The notes: a model not told the origin generated them from the sequence alone. Shown: positions 28,089 through 42,083, numbered from the stretch's first letter. The stretch: DNA of 64,000 nucleotides from Octopus sinensis (GCF_006345805.1 NC_043004.1:38998001-39062000), one strand, 5' to 3'. Made by a program: numbers and translations.

Positions 28089-28262
28089 TATATACATATC
28101 ATATATACATATATACATATAATATATATATCATATTATCTCATATATCTATATATGTATATATATATACATATATATATACATATATATATACAGATAT
28201 ACATATATGTATATATATATATACATATATATATATACATATATACATACATATATATATAT
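27540..28262. repeat. Degenerate (TA/TACA)n array
   Basis: Direct reading. Confidence 0.9.
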
Positions 28263-29952
28263 ATAACTTAGAATAACTTAGAAAGGTTTTTGGCCAGTAT
28301 TGGCCCAGGCCATGTCTAACTTAATAGCACCACCTGGCGAAGTCTTTCAGTTCAGGATTTGGGCACCAAGGCCCATTCGAGCAGAGAGTTATTGTTTGCG
28401 GAGACATATCCGGGTGTGGATGGTTTGTCCGGTACTGTTTGAAGGAATTTGTCCAAAGACTTCTTGAATTTTGTGGTGGTCAGTTTCTTTTTTGACGTGT
28501 CCTGGTGTGTATGTTGAAGAGAGCGGGTCCAATTGAGGTGAAATAGTTGTGCCGTATTGTCGTTATGTGATGCGATTTAGATTTTTGTTGTGGACGGATG
28601 GCACGTGGTCCAAGCCTTGGATGCATTTTGAAGGTGATGCCAACATCATTCGGACAGTGCTGATGGAATATTTTCCACATCATACAGATAATGTAGCGTT
28701 CACGGCGTCGTTGGAGTGAATACAATTTCAGCTTCTCTAGTCTACCCCAGTAGTCAAGGTCTGACATGCCATCTATCTTTTTTGTGATTGACCTTTGGGA
28801 GCTTCAATTCTCATAATATTTTGTTTTGTGTAGGGAGACCACAGTGGACAGCAGTATTCAAGGTGGGGTCGGGCAAAAGTGGAGAGAGAAGGATAATAGC
28901 GTGGGAATCTCTCGACTGGAAGGTTCTGAGAATCACGGAACACATTCTGCGGGCCATGTCAACTTTGCTGCTTATATGTGTAGCCCAGCTTATGTTGTGT
29001 TGTCCACTGTTACTCCCAGGTCTCTGATGTGTTGGATGCCATGAGAATTTCTCCAGAAGGAAGAGAGTATGGGATTTCAGAGCGTCCTCCCTTCCAAAGT
29101 GGATCAGTTCGAATTTGTCTTCATTTAGCAACATGTTATTCTTTTCCGCCCATTGGACAACAGCTAGTAGGTCTGACTGAAGGTTTATTCGGTCATCCAT
29201 GCAATTGATGACCTTCTGGAGCTTGGAATCATTAGCGAAGGTTCAGGTGTTGCAGTGTTTGATGGTGTCAGTAATATCATTTATGTAGATGATAAAGAGA
29301 AGTGGGCCCAACACAGTGCCTTGTGGGACACCACTGCTGACTTTGGCTGGGCTGGATTTGACTCCTTCGACTACAACATGTTGGGTTCTGTTAGAGAGGA
29401 AGCACTTGATCCATTGCAGCAGCTTTCCAGTGACACCAATATTGGACAGCTTTCTCAGAAGGATCTTATGATCAACCCTGTCAAAGGCCTTGCTGAAATC
29501 AAGGTAGATGACATCAGTGTTGGAAACTCTCCCAAGGCTCTCAAAATGTCATCAAAATGATGCAGTAGCTGCGTCAGGCAATCTCTCCCATTACGGAATC
29601 CATGCTGGTTGGGGTTCAGCATATTATGACTCTCAAGGAAGTGAGTCATACGCGATCTCAGCACCCTCTCAAATAACTTGATGATATGAGAGGGAGTGAG
29701 ATTGGACGGTAATTCACGGCAAGCGATTTGTTCCCTTTTTGAAAACTGGGACAACAGACTGGGATAGAAGGTCTTCTGGTATATATCCAGCATCCATGTG
29801 TTCCGCCACAGATTGGCTAGAGGGGGTGCAAGTTGGTTTTGACACATCTTCAAGACACAAGCAGGGAACCTATCGGGACCTACTGCTGAATTATGTTTCA
29901 TTTCCTTTATTGCTGCTAAGACATCAGGAGCGCCAAATGTTATGTCCGATAA
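28262..29952 (-). mobile_element. 5'-truncated CR1/L2-group LINE (RT pseudogene) within (TA)n
   Basis: QHGFRNGRDCLTQLL, YLDFSKAFDRVDH, SGVPQGTVLGPLLFIIYIND, FAND and YWGRLEKLKLYSLQRRRER across several frameshifts. Tail repeat CTAAGTTAT. Confidence 0.9.
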
Positions 29953-29954
29953 AG

Positions 29955-30203
29955 TGTATATACATATATATATATATGTATATATATATATACATATATA
30001 TATACATATATACATATATATATATACATATATATATATATACATATATATATATACATATATATATATATACATATATATATAACATATATATATATAC
30101 ATCTATATATATACATATATACATATATATAATACATATATATATATACATATACATATATATATAACATATTATATAATATATATATATATATATTATA
30201 TAC

Positions 30204-30234
<31 letters not shown>

Positions 30235-30585
30235 CATATATATATACATATATATATACCATATATATATATATATATACATATATATATAATATATATA
30301 TTATTATAATATACATATATATATATAATATATATATATATATACATATATATATACATATATATATATATACATATATATATATACATATATATATACA
30401 TATATATATATAATACACATATATATAATATACATATATATATATACATATATATACTACATATATTTACATATATAATATACATATATATACATATATA
30501 TACACATATATATATACATAAATATATAATATATATATACATAATATATATATAGATATATATATATATTATATATATATATATC

Positions 30586-30624
<39 letters not shown>

Positions 30625-30771
30625 ATATAATTCGAGACAAAACCAGTATTTTAAAACCAAACAAGGAAAGACTTAATCAATACATAAAATTTTAATATAA
30701 ATTAAATAAACCGCCACATATGTGTTATATATATATATACTATATATGTATATATATATTATATATTATAA

Positions 30772-30811
<40 letters not shown>

Positions 30812-30812
30812 C

Positions 30813-30845
<33 letters not shown>

Positions 30846-31075
30846 CAATATATAACTATACATATATATATATACATATATATATACATATATATATATA
30901 CTATATATATACATATATATATATATACTATATACATATAATATACTATATATATATACATATATATATATCGACATAATATATATTATACTATATATAT
31001 ACATATATATACATATATATAATACATATACATATATATATATACATAGTTATACTATATATATACAAATATATG

Positions 31076-31118
<43 letters not shown>

Positions 31119-31225
31119 TATATACATATACATATAGATATATATATATACATATACATATATATAGATATACATATACATATATATATATATACATATA
31201 CATATATATATATATATCCATATAC

Positions 31226-31257
<32 letters not shown>

Positions 31258-31271
31258 ATATATACATATAC

Positions 31272-31308
<37 letters not shown>

Positions 31309-31329
31309 CATATTATATATATACATACC

Positions 31330-31362
<33 letters not shown>

Positions 31363-31581
31363 TATATATATACTATATACCATATATATATATATCAAGA
31401 TATATTATATAATATATTATATATACTATATATATATATATACACATATATCTATATATATACACATATATATATATATATATATATATCATATATATAT
31501 AGTTATATATATAATATATATGTCATATATATATATACATATATATGTACATATATATATATATATACATGTTATATATAC

Positions 31582-31614
<33 letters not shown>

Positions 31615-31810
31615 ACTCACACACATACATATTACACATATAGATATATATATATACATATATATATATTATATAATATATATATATATATATATGGATA
31701 GCTAGCTAGATAGATAGATAGATAGATACGTACATACATATACACACACATATATATATATACCATATATATATATATATATATATATATATGGTATATA
31801 TGTATACATA
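29955..31810. repeat. Long degenerate (TA/TACA)n array
   Basis: Direct reading. Confidence 0.9.
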
Positions 31811-31824
31811 TGTGTAATATATAG

Positions 31825-32716
31825 GGCGTGCGTTAGGGTGGGCGGGTTTTAGCTGAAGTAAGTGAGTGATTCGATGTGAAGGTGGGGTTAAGACAGGGTT
31901 GCCTGATGTCTCCGTCGCTGTTTAATTTATATATGGCTGGTTTGGTGAGAGAGGTAAATGGTAGAATATTTGTTAGGGGAGCACAAATGGTAGAATAAAA
32001 TTGAGAGAAATAGCAGGTGAGTCAGTTGTTGTTTGCTTACGATACAGCACTGGTGACGGATTCGGGAGTGCAATTGAGGAGCCTGGTGTTAGAGTCCGAA
32101 AGAGTATGTGAGAGGAGGAAAATGAAAGTGAATGTATCTAAGAGTAAGGTAATGAAATGTTTGAGGGATGGAATGGCTGGTAGGATGGATATGTGAGTGT
32201 GAGTGTTTTTAAGTATCTAGGGTCACATGTGACAGCAGATAGCGGTGTTGGCTGAGGAAGTGGAATATAGAATGAGGGAGTGGAGTAAGGTGCTTAGAGG
32301 TGTGAATGGTATGCTGAGAGATAAATGGTTGAGAATGAAAACGAAAAGTGGCGTGTATGAAGGCGTGATTGTGCCTACAATGTTATATGGTTTAGGGACG
32401 TGGGGGCTGAGAGAGGCGGAAAGGAAGTGACTAGATATGTTTGAGATGAGATGTTTGAATGATATGGTTTGTGTGACACGGGTGGACAGGATAAGGAATG
32501 AGGAGGTGCGAAGTCGAGCGGGAATGAGAGGAAAACTAACAACCAAACGTGCGCGATGAAGGCAGAAGTTGTAGGCAACAGAACCAGAGGCAGACCTCGA
32601 TTTGTTTGGATAGATGGAGTGAGGAAATCTTTGGTGGTTAGAGGTGTTGGAGTGAGAGAGGCAAGAATATTTATAAATGATAGGAAAGCTTGGAGAGTGT
32701 TTGTGGACGGATGAGT
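31825..32716 (+). mobile_element. Degenerate RTE-clade LINE RT fragment
   Basis: VKVGLRQGCLMSPSLFNLYM, QLLFAYDTALV, KVNVSKSKVM, FKYLGS, VPTMLYG..TW, FEMRCL, DRIRNEEVR and RGRPRFVWIDGV, with stops and deletions. Confidence 0.88.
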
Positions 32717-33279
32717 GAATTTGATATTGCTTAAAGGTGTACGGAACCAGTATACGCTGTCGGACCCCGCTGTTGATATTGGGGGTTGCGCTCTATGCCT
32801 TGATCCGAGCATAGAATGGGGCTTGCTTCTTCGAGCTGGGAAATGAATATAATGCCTGGGGTTCATCCTGTTTTGGCTAATACCTCCTAGAAAAATGGAG
32901 AATAGGCCTGGGTATAAACAAGAAAAGTATGTAAATACAAATATCATTTATCGCGTGTTGTATATGTATTAATATGGACGAATGAAAAATGAAAATACAA
33001 GATAATGTCTAACTCCAGCTGACCTATGAACAAACATGACTACCTCATTATATTTTCAGTCGTAATATGTTATTTAGGAGTAAATTATCGAATGTATCGT
33101 TCGTTTTTAATATTATTAAAAAATGCGATATGTGATAAATTTGGCTTCTGCTTCTTTCAGGTCAATGCAAGTGTTGTTTAGTGACTGCTGGTACATTATA
33201 CTCTCACAGATATATTCAGTATCGTACATTGACAAACAAAAATCAATATATATTTTAACGGTTTGGTCTGGAGGAATGA

Positions 33280-33314
<35 letters not shown>

Positions 33315-33344
33315 TTCTCTCCTTCTGCCTCTATATGAAAGTTG

Positions 33345-33400
<56 letters not shown>

Positions 33401-33451
33401 GTATGTATATTTATATATATGTATATATATATATATATGTATATGTATATG

Positions 33452-33493
<42 letters not shown>

Positions 33494-35684
33494 CACATAT
33501 GTATATGTATGTATGTATATATGTATTCGGGCATATATCTAAGATATATGCTATGGGTATGATATTAAAGCGTATTTGGTGGTGAGGTTCCAGTTTGTGA
33601 GTGCTGAGGTTATGGCGAGTGTGGATTCGCACCCCATTAACAATTACTTGCAGGTTCGTTCAAACTCGGAACTGTACTACTTCTCAGCGACCCAACTATG
33701 TGATAAAGAGATTCCTCAGGAGTAGAGGAAATGGCCTTTACTTTTGACAATCCGTCGGGGAAGGCAGCTCTTTTAAGAGAATAATACCGTAGCATAAAAC
33801 TGGTTGTCAAAATAGTAGCGGACATCTTGCAATATCTGTCACTGGACACTAATATGGCCACCGACAGAGTGAAAAAAATGTACAAACTTCTGTGATTTAA
33901 ATTTAGTGATCCGTTGGTGTCTCACTAAAATTTGAGACGGCTATCATCTGTCAAGTTATATGAATCGTCATCTTAGATATAGGCCATTCAAGAAAGGTCA
34001 GGCCACGAGTACTGAACAAACATGAATACAAAGGGATTGCTAGAATCATGAGGTTCTAAGCCAATTAAGTGAATATAGATATTAAAGCGGGATTTGTGAT
34101 GAGGGTAATGGCGGCGGTGATAATAATGCTGCTGGTGTAGTATTAGTGGAAACACTATGGGGAGAAATGGAAGGGAACAATGATAAGTGATTTCGAAGGA
34201 ATCTGCACGAGATAAGCCACATCTCAGTAGGAAGACCCACAGATGCAGCGGAAGATACAGTCTGAAATTGCAGACATTACTGGTTACATTGTAAATTAAA
34301 ATCAAATAATTTTAAATTTTCAAATTTTATTCCAGCTGCAATATTTTAAGTAAATTTTTCTTGTTCTGTACTTTACCAGATGTAATAAGTTCTCCTGAAT
34401 CTTTCCATGTGTAACAACGTTTCCTATAATTTTCCATGTTTATAATCTTAAGAATTTTATTTCTCTTGCTCGCATTTTCCCACGTAATCCATGTTATTTC
34501 CAGGCTATGCTATTATGCTAATTAATAATGTGTCAAATGTTTCAATTAGTGGTGCCGTTGATAATTTTTTCCTTATCTCAATGACGCTAGTGACATATAT
34601 GAAAAGCTCCCTTATAGACTTCTATTCATAAAAAAGTATAGAACTATATAATCAACCTCAAATTTGAGGAACAAACACTCAACTTTTTTCTTTTAAAACT
34701 TCCTTGCATGAGATTGATACCATGAAATTCTTTGAATTGAGCTCTATCATTTAAGCTTAATTAAAATGCAGTTTGTTTTTAAAATAAAAAAAAAGTTAAT
34801 TATATTTAAATTTTTTCATGATATTTTACCTCACAACATTTTCGATATAAACTTTTGTTACATGGGAACAAAGCTATGAAATTCTTCATGCTTTCTTCTA
34901 TCCTGAAAGCTAAGATAAATATATTTTTCTTTTAAAACAATAAAGTTATTTTTATCTAAATTTGATTGGTGGCGTTATAGATAAATAAATATATATATAT
35001 AACCCAATTACGATTGAATAAGGAAATTATGTTCATTATGAAGTACAAACCACTGCTAAATATCTCATAATAACATAGCAGAAAGAGAAAACACATTTTA
35101 TCCACAAGAACGACCAGGGATAACAGATAAAATTCGAAAAGTTTAAGTAATAGGCTTCCTCGAAGATTCGAAACCCCAACTCCAAATTACTATAAAATAA
35201 CACCATACACCTTCTCAAACACCGATTGCTGATGTCACCTCAGACCAAGCTAATGAAATTTTTGTCTGATCAAAACCGGACTTTGAGGGAAAAATACCTA
35301 TAGGGACTTCCTGAGGGAACCAACCAACCGGAACGCTAGATGACCATTAAGCAAAAGTAAGTTAGCGAGTTCCTACCTACCAGGAAGTCAACTAAGCAGA
35401 ACGCTGAACTTTGCCAAAATAAAAATATTTTATCCAAAGTGATGCCGTGAAGCCTAAAACAATTAGAATTTGTTCCTTCGCTGTGATCAATAAGAAATGG
35501 ATGCTACCACGAAGCCAACCAACCAAAACTCTAGACTTTGCCAAAACAAAAATATTTTAGCCAAAACATCCACGAGAAAATCAAAAAGGCGTCATCAAAA
35601 TTATAACCTATCAAAACTTGATCCTATACCATAAAAAACATATATACACTAAAAGATTTGGACTTAAAACATTTCGAAATCTAA

Positions 35685-35730
35685 GACACCTGAAGAAGGC
35701 TAGAGGGTTTATCAGTCGAAACGTTGTGTT
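35685..35730 (+). ncRNA. Minimal type-I hammerhead ribozyme (Penelope-type)
   Basis: Stem I GACAC/GUGUU, core CUGAAGA, stem II GGCU/AGUC after one extra A, GAAA, and minimal stem III AACGUU with a GUU triplet. Followed by an (AATGTAAAT)3 tail. Confidence 0.6.
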
Positions 35731-36204
35731 AACAGCAAACAAGATGAGGACAAATATCCGTCGAATGTAAATAATGTAAATAATGTAAATATTGAAAAAT
35801 CTTACGGTCCAGCACTCTAACCACTAAGCTACGCGCCTGGAATGAAACGTTAGAAAATTTAGTCACATATCCCACTCAAATCTGGATTGTCACGACAGTA
35901 ACACTTTCACAATATGGCTACGAAAGAAGGTTAGCCGTGATGCAAAATAACAATATATTACCTATAGTGGTGAAGTGAGACTCTAATGTCTAGAAAGCAG
36001 TAATCCGGGTACTAAAAGTATGAAACCAGTAAGCACACAAGGAAAGAAGCGTGGTGTGTGTTAAGAAAATAATCTTTCAGAAGGCATTATCTGACTGACC
36101 TGGGATATACGCAGAGAAGATGCACAGCTCTACCACCACTGCTTATCAGACAGGTAGATTTCTGTTTATGAGATGACAGTCATGAAAACGTCAATTGACA
36201 GTGT

Positions 36205-36506
36205 ATACGTACATACACACACGCATACATACATATATACGTACCTGCATACACACATACATACATATATACGTACCTACATACACACATACATACATAT
36301 ATACGTACCTACATACACACATACATACATGTATGTATGTATGTATGTATGTATGTATGTATGTATGTATGTATGTATGTATGTATGTATGTATGTATGT
36401 ATGTATGTATGTATGTATGTATGTATGTATGTATGTATGTATGTATGTATGTATGTATGTATGTATGTGTGTGTACGTATGTATGTATGTATGCATGTAT
36501 GTATGT
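36205..36506. repeat. (CATA)n switching to (TATG)n
   Basis: Strand switch at ACATGT, ~36327-36332. Confidence 0.9.
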
Positions 36507-36859
36507 AGTGTTTTGAAGTGATGTACAGATATTGTATATTAAGGAAAAGGAGAAAGCAGAATTTTGAATAATTGCTTATAAGCGCTTTCGTCCGTTCATG
36601 GAGATTCTTCAGATAAGTTTTACTGAAAATTTCGTAGCTTTTATACAAGTCGAAAAGAGGTTGTTGTTTTGTTTAGAAATGGAGAAAAGAGAAGGAAGGG
36701 AGGAGAGGAGGAGAGAAGGAGAGAGAAGAATTTTCTTAGCCAAACAAAACAGCAACCTCTTCTCGGTTTGTATAAAAAGTAAAGAAATTTTGTATAAAAC
36801 TTATCTGAAGAGTCCCTATCAAAAGATGCAAGTGCTAATAATCAAATAACCAAGGGCTT

Positions 36860-38240
36860 GGATAAAAACAAGACGATAAAAAATAAACAAAGAGTTTAAG
36901 TGTAGCAGCCAAGGATCATGTGATAAAATCAAACAACTTGAGAAAAAATATATGTGGGGAAAATGTATCAAAAAATATAGTGTCTGTGCAACTTGGAAGG
37001 AGACAGTGACACACATTTTTGCAGAATGTCCCAAGTTGGCACAGGAAGAATATAAGAAATGGAAGCATGACCAAGTTGTAAAATTTCACACTGGAAGCTT
37101 TGTCAGAAATGGAGATTTGTAAATGAGACACGTGGTACGAACACTGGGTCGAAAGATTGCTGTAGTTGAAAAATTTTGTAAGAGTTGTGGGACTTTCCTA
37201 TCCGATTGGACATAAAGGTAGAATATAATAGACCAGACATAACAATAATAGACAAGGAAAAGCGAAGTGATACTAAGTGACACATCATATGCATTTGATT
37301 CCAGGATCTTAAACAAAGGAAACGAAAAACAAAAATAATATACAATCCCTTATAATTTGATTATGAAAATTGTAAAGTTTGTACGTGTAATAATTGGTGT
37401 AATAATAATAACTGTAAGCAAATATAAACAAATGGTTAAGTGAGAACAGAATAATATGTCCTGTAGAGTTTCTACTGAAAGTGTATCTCTTAGGGAGAAG
37501 ATAGATTATCGGGATTGTTGTAAGCACTTGAAAGACTAATGAAAACAAGTGGATACCTAAGGTTAGGGGTAATAACACGCTACCCACATAAATCCTGCCA
37601 GGAATAAGACCGAACATGAGTCAAATGAATGATGATGATGATGATTTGACAGGAATAATATCTAATTATGTGTATAAGTTCCTGGAAGTGAATGACAAAT
37701 TGCCAGTGGAACAGAAAGAGTGCAGAAAGAAAAGCCGAGGACCAAAATACCAACTCCTGATACACAGAATGGTACTGGACGACTGCAATAAAATACTTAC
37801 TTATCTGGGAATGGAGTGGATCGATTATGAGAAAGCATGTGACATGATCCTCCATTCCTGGATTTTAGAAAGTCTTGAGCTGGTACAGGTGTCTGATAAC
37901 TTATCAAATTTTATTAGATCAATAATAACTGGAATACAGAGTTAACTTCGTGTGAACAACTTTTGGTGACAGTTAACATCAAGGAGATTGCCTGTCACCA
38001 TTGCTGTTTGTGGTGTGTATGATACCCCTCACACGGATACTACAAAAAGTGGCATCGGGGTACACCTTAAAATGTTGGGGAATATTAAATCATTTGTTAT
38101 ATATGCATGATTTAAAGATCTCTGGAAACATCGAGCGTGAAATAAATGGCCTAGTTTCAACAGTGCAGATATTCAGTAAGGATATCGAAATGGAATTGGG
38201 ACTAAAATTTTGGTATGCTTATAATACAAAGAGGCAATAT
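36860..38240 (+). mobile_element. Two degenerate R4/Dong LINE fragments: Zn-finger/RLE (~36860-37450) then RT (~37630-38240)
   Basis: ETVTHIFAECPKLAQEEYKKWKHD, LWDFPI and NRPDI; then EQKECRKKSRG.K.QLLI, WIDYEKA.D..HSWI, GDCLSPLLFV and NHLLYM(H)DLK. Confidence 0.85.
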
Positions 38241-38246
38241 AGTATC

Positions 38247-38566
38247 GTCATAGCCATGTGCCGAAAGGAATTCTTTAGGGTTTGGATAGTTCACCTATGG
38301 AAACATGGGTGTGTTGTTCAACATCCTTAAACAATCCTTATTCAGGGAGCCATTGAGCGGGATGGGTTACTCAACCTGAAGAAAATTCTAACTGGGCACC
38401 ACCTGCAGATCATGCGCTCTGTATCTTGGTATGAGATCACCATGTCGTGCACATATGGTTGTGGCGCATGTGTCTACTCTTATCAGACGGGTAGTCATGA
38501 TGTCTATACTAGGCTTCGTATATTTTACTCCATAACACTTTGATGGCATGCACAGCTCTCTCAATC
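38247..38566 (+). mobile_element. Partial copy of the ~560 bp microsatellite-associated repeat
   Basis: Aligns with ~21085-21410, here followed by (GAA)n. Confidence 0.8.
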
Positions 38567-38671
38567 AAGAAGAAGAAGAAGGAGGAGGAGGAGGAGGAGG
38601 AGGAGAAGAAGAAGAATAATAAGAAGAAGAAAAAGAAGAAAAAGAAGAAGAAGAAGAAGAAGAAGAAGAAG

Positions 38672-38702
<31 letters not shown>

Positions 38703-38717
38703 GGAAGAAGAAATTAA

Positions 38718-39110
38718 GGCCAATAGGCCAGATATAGTTGACAGAGATCATGAGGAAAAAGAAGTGCTTTCTAAGTAATGTATCAATACCAACAGATGAT
38801 AACGTTTCTCTAAAAGAAATCTGGAAATAGAGGTAACTCGAATGTGGAGCCTCAAAACAGAAACAACTCCTACCATTGTCGGCATATTAAATATGATAAA
38901 AAATCTTCAGACAAATACGTAACAAAAGTACCAGGACGAACAAGTATATATAATATACATAAAATAGCACTACTAGGCACCGCACACATCCCACGTAAAA
39001 CACATTCAATACATTAATTATAAGAGCATCACAACAAAGTACAGCACATGCCCAAGGCACACGGACCTACGCTCGGTAGTGCGGTGAAAGCATGTTATAG
39101 AAATAAGACT
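38718..39110 (+). mobile_element. R4/Dong LINE 3' end, interrupted by the RTE; tail resumes at 41613-41655
   Basis: ANRPDIV, LEIEVTRMWSLKTET and KIALLGTAHI. Same family as 45470-45830. Confidence 0.8.
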
Positions 39111-41612
39111 TGTATTGTATTGGCATCCTTTCTGTCTCGGGAGACAATGGAGTTACGCATTTTTTTTTTTTTTGTAGTCTAGTCCGGCTTTTATATTTCA
39201 TGTCCTGATACATTTCCTGCTGTGGCTGTGTAGTCCTATCCTGGACAAACACTCCCTCTGGCAGGTACCGCAAATGTAGCAAAGACTGTTCCTGGCTGGT
39301 TGTAGTGCCATAGTCTCTTGTTTACGTCTATTCCTTTCTTTCCATTTCTCCTCTCTCTCTCTGTCACTCCTTTGTATTCCCTCTTTTACGGTACGTCGCC
39401 ATTCTCCACGGTTGCCGGCGACTGCCTCCCAACCGCTAATATTGATGTTGCAGGCCTTCATATCCCTTTTGCAAACATCACTGTAACGTAAGATCGGTCT
39501 ACCCACAGACCTAGTACCCCTAGCAAGCTCTCCGTAGAGTATGTCCTTGGGGATTCTGCCATCTTTCATACGGCTAACATGCCCAAGCCATTTCAAACGT
39601 CTTTGTGTGAGGAGTGCAAACATGCTTGGTATTCCTGCTTGCCTGAGGACATGTTTGTTGGGGATATGATTCTGGCATTTGATGCGGAGGATTTTTCGGA
39701 GGCAGCGCAGGTGAAAAATGTTTAGGCGACGCTCTTGGCGTGTGTATAGCGTCCAGGTCTCGCTTCCATACAGTAGAGTGCTGAGTACACATGCCTGGTA
39801 GATCTTCATTTTCGTGGTCTTGGTCAGCTTATTGTTGTCCCAAGCCCGTTTGGAGAGTTGGGCCATCGCAGCAGCTGCCTTGCCAATGCGTATATTGAGC
39901 TCAGCGTCAAGGGATAGGTTGTAGGTGACGGTAGAGCCCAGATAGATAAACCTCTCCACCTCTTGTAATCTGTGGTCTCCAATATGTATGTTTGGGATGT
40001 CCGATGTAGCCTGACCTATGATGTTGGTCTTCTTAAGGTTGATAGCTAAGCCAAAGTCGTTACATGCTTGCTCAAAACAGTTAATGAGCCTTTGGAGGGC
40101 TTCTTCTGTGTGTGTTACCAGAGCGGCATCATCAGCAAATAACATCTCCTTGATCATGACGTTTCTGATTTTGGTCTTGGCACGCAGGCGCGAGAGATTG
40201 AACAGTTTCCCGTCACTTCTACTGTGCAGAAACACTCCATCATCTGATGTCTGAAAGGCATGTGAAAGTAAGAGTGAAAAGATGCCAAACAATGTAGGAG
40301 CGAGGACACAGCCTTGCTTTACCCCGTTTTTTATTTGGAAGGCGGCTGATGTTGAACCGTTGTGCTGTATGGTGCCTTGCATGTCATCATGGAAAGACTT
40401 GATGATCCTCAGCAGCTTTGGTGGACATCCGATTTTTTGGAGCAGGAGGAAGAGGCCTGTTCTGCTTACCGAGTCAAAAGCCTTTGTTAGATCAATGAAG
40501 GCCATATATAATGGCATTTTCTGCTCTCTGGACTTCTCCTGAAGTTGGCGTATGGAGAATACCATATTGATAGTTGATCTGCTTCTTCTAAAGCCACACT
40601 GCGATTCCGGATAGATTTGAGAAGCAAGTAGTTGTAGCCTGGCCAGGATAACGCGGGCAAAGGTCTTTCCAACAGCGGTTAGAAGGGATATACCACGGTA
40701 ATTGTTACAATCACCACGGTCACCTTTGTTTTTGTAAAGCGTAATGATGTTGGCATCCCGCATATCCTGAGGGACTGTACCCTCTTCTCAGCACTGACAC
40801 AGAAGCTCATGAAGGTGCCGAAGCAGGATGGTGTTTTTGCCGGCTTTGATGATCTCTGAGGGGATGCCGTCTTTTCCCGGAGCCTTATTTCTTGCTAGGG
40901 AGTCAACAGCCTTGGTGAGCTCTGCTATAGATGGCGGACTGTCAAGTTCGCACATGACTGGCAAGATCTTGACACTCTCGACTGCAGCCTCAGCCACTGT
41001 GGTCTCCCGTGAGTAGAGATCCTGGTAGTGCTCCACCCATCTATCCATTTGCTTGCCTTGATCCCTGATGAGATCTCCAGTAGTTGATTTCAGAGGGGCT
41101 GACTTGGTTGCGGATGGACCGAGGGCCTTCTTCAAACCGGCATACATCCCACGGGTGTCGCCCCTGTCAGCAGCTGACTGGATACTCTGACAGATTCCTG
41201 CCAATACCTATTTGCACAGCGTCTGGCTGTCAGTTGGGTTTTATTTCGTGCCTTTCTGAGTTCTTCGAGTGACTTTGTAGAAGAGTCACTCTTGTATTGC
41301 ACCAGAGCTGCACGCTTTGCTTCGATAACTGGCTCCAGCTCTGAGAGCCCAGCATTGAACCAATCTGGGTTTTGCCTTTCTCTCATGCCGAAAGTATCCA
41401 ATGTGTATACAAGGCTTCCCTGATATAGTCCCACCTACTTTCAGCAGAGGAGGTTGGGCAGCTACTGAGGGCAACCTTGATAGAAGCAGCAAAACATTTT
41501 CGCAGTGTAGGGTCCGAGGTTCTGGCGGTGTTGATGCGTGGTCGGCCCACTTTCTTGGAGCGATGGACTTTTTTAGGCAGAATCCTCACCTTGCTTCTAA
41601 TTAGTGAGTGGT
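39111..41612 (-). mobile_element. 5'-truncated RTE (BovB-like) LINE with 20-bp TSD
   Basis: TSD CATGTTATAGAAATAAGACT at 39091-39110 and 41613-41632. 3' end CCATTGTCTCCCGAGACAGAAAGGATGCC(AATAC)2. The 5' break falls at the DH motif of the APE domain. Confidence 0.95.
39198..40763 (-). pseudogene. RTE reverse transcriptase domain (521 aa open segment) with C-terminal CCHC-type finger
   Basis: YRGISLL, ESQCGFR, FIDLTKAFD, GVKQGCVLAPTLF, LFADD, YLGS, WLGHV and CGTCQRECLSRIGLHSHSRKC. Upstream the frame is broken by a TGA at 40788-40790 and by frameshifts. Confidence 0.92.
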
Positions 41613-41659
41613 CATGTTATAGAAATAAGACTACTGAATAATAATAGTAATAATAGTCC

Positions 41660-41870
41660 TCTCTACTATAGACACAAGGCCTTGAATTTTGGCAGAGGGT
41701 GATAGTCGATTACATCGAGCCCAGTGCTCAATTGCAACTTATTTGTTCTGATTAAAGGATTAAAGGCAAAGTCGACTTCCCTGGAATTTGATCTTAGAAA
41801 TTAGAAGAGGACGAACATGCCACTAAGCATTTATCACGGCATGCTGAAGATTATGTCAGCTCGCCGCCTT
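41660..41870 (-). mobile_element. SINE family B variant with a different 3' tail
   Basis: Head AAGGCGGCGAGCTG and body as in 44183-44410, but the tail is ...AGGCCTTGTGTCTATAGTAGAG(AT-rich). Confidence 0.65.
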
Positions 41871-41874
41871 ACTG

Positions 41875-41915
<41 letters not shown>

Positions 41916-42083
41916 GCTGCTGCTGCTTCTACTGCTGCTTCTGCTGCTGTTACTGCTGTTATAATACTATTTCTAATGCCACTTCTACTTCTGCTATTAC
42001 TACTACTACAAATACTACTACTAATAATAATAATATTAATAATAATAATGATAATTAGTAGTAGTAGGAGTAGAAGTAGTAGC

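Noticed and set aside
27540-31810. Irregular TA arrays as a coded or higher-order pattern
   Set aside because: The irregularity is compatible with slippage or long-read consensus noise, and no stable period was seen.
33640-34300. Non-repetitive stretch with a candidate acceptor (TTGCAG|G) as a host exon
   Set aside because: No sustained ORF or recognisable domain.
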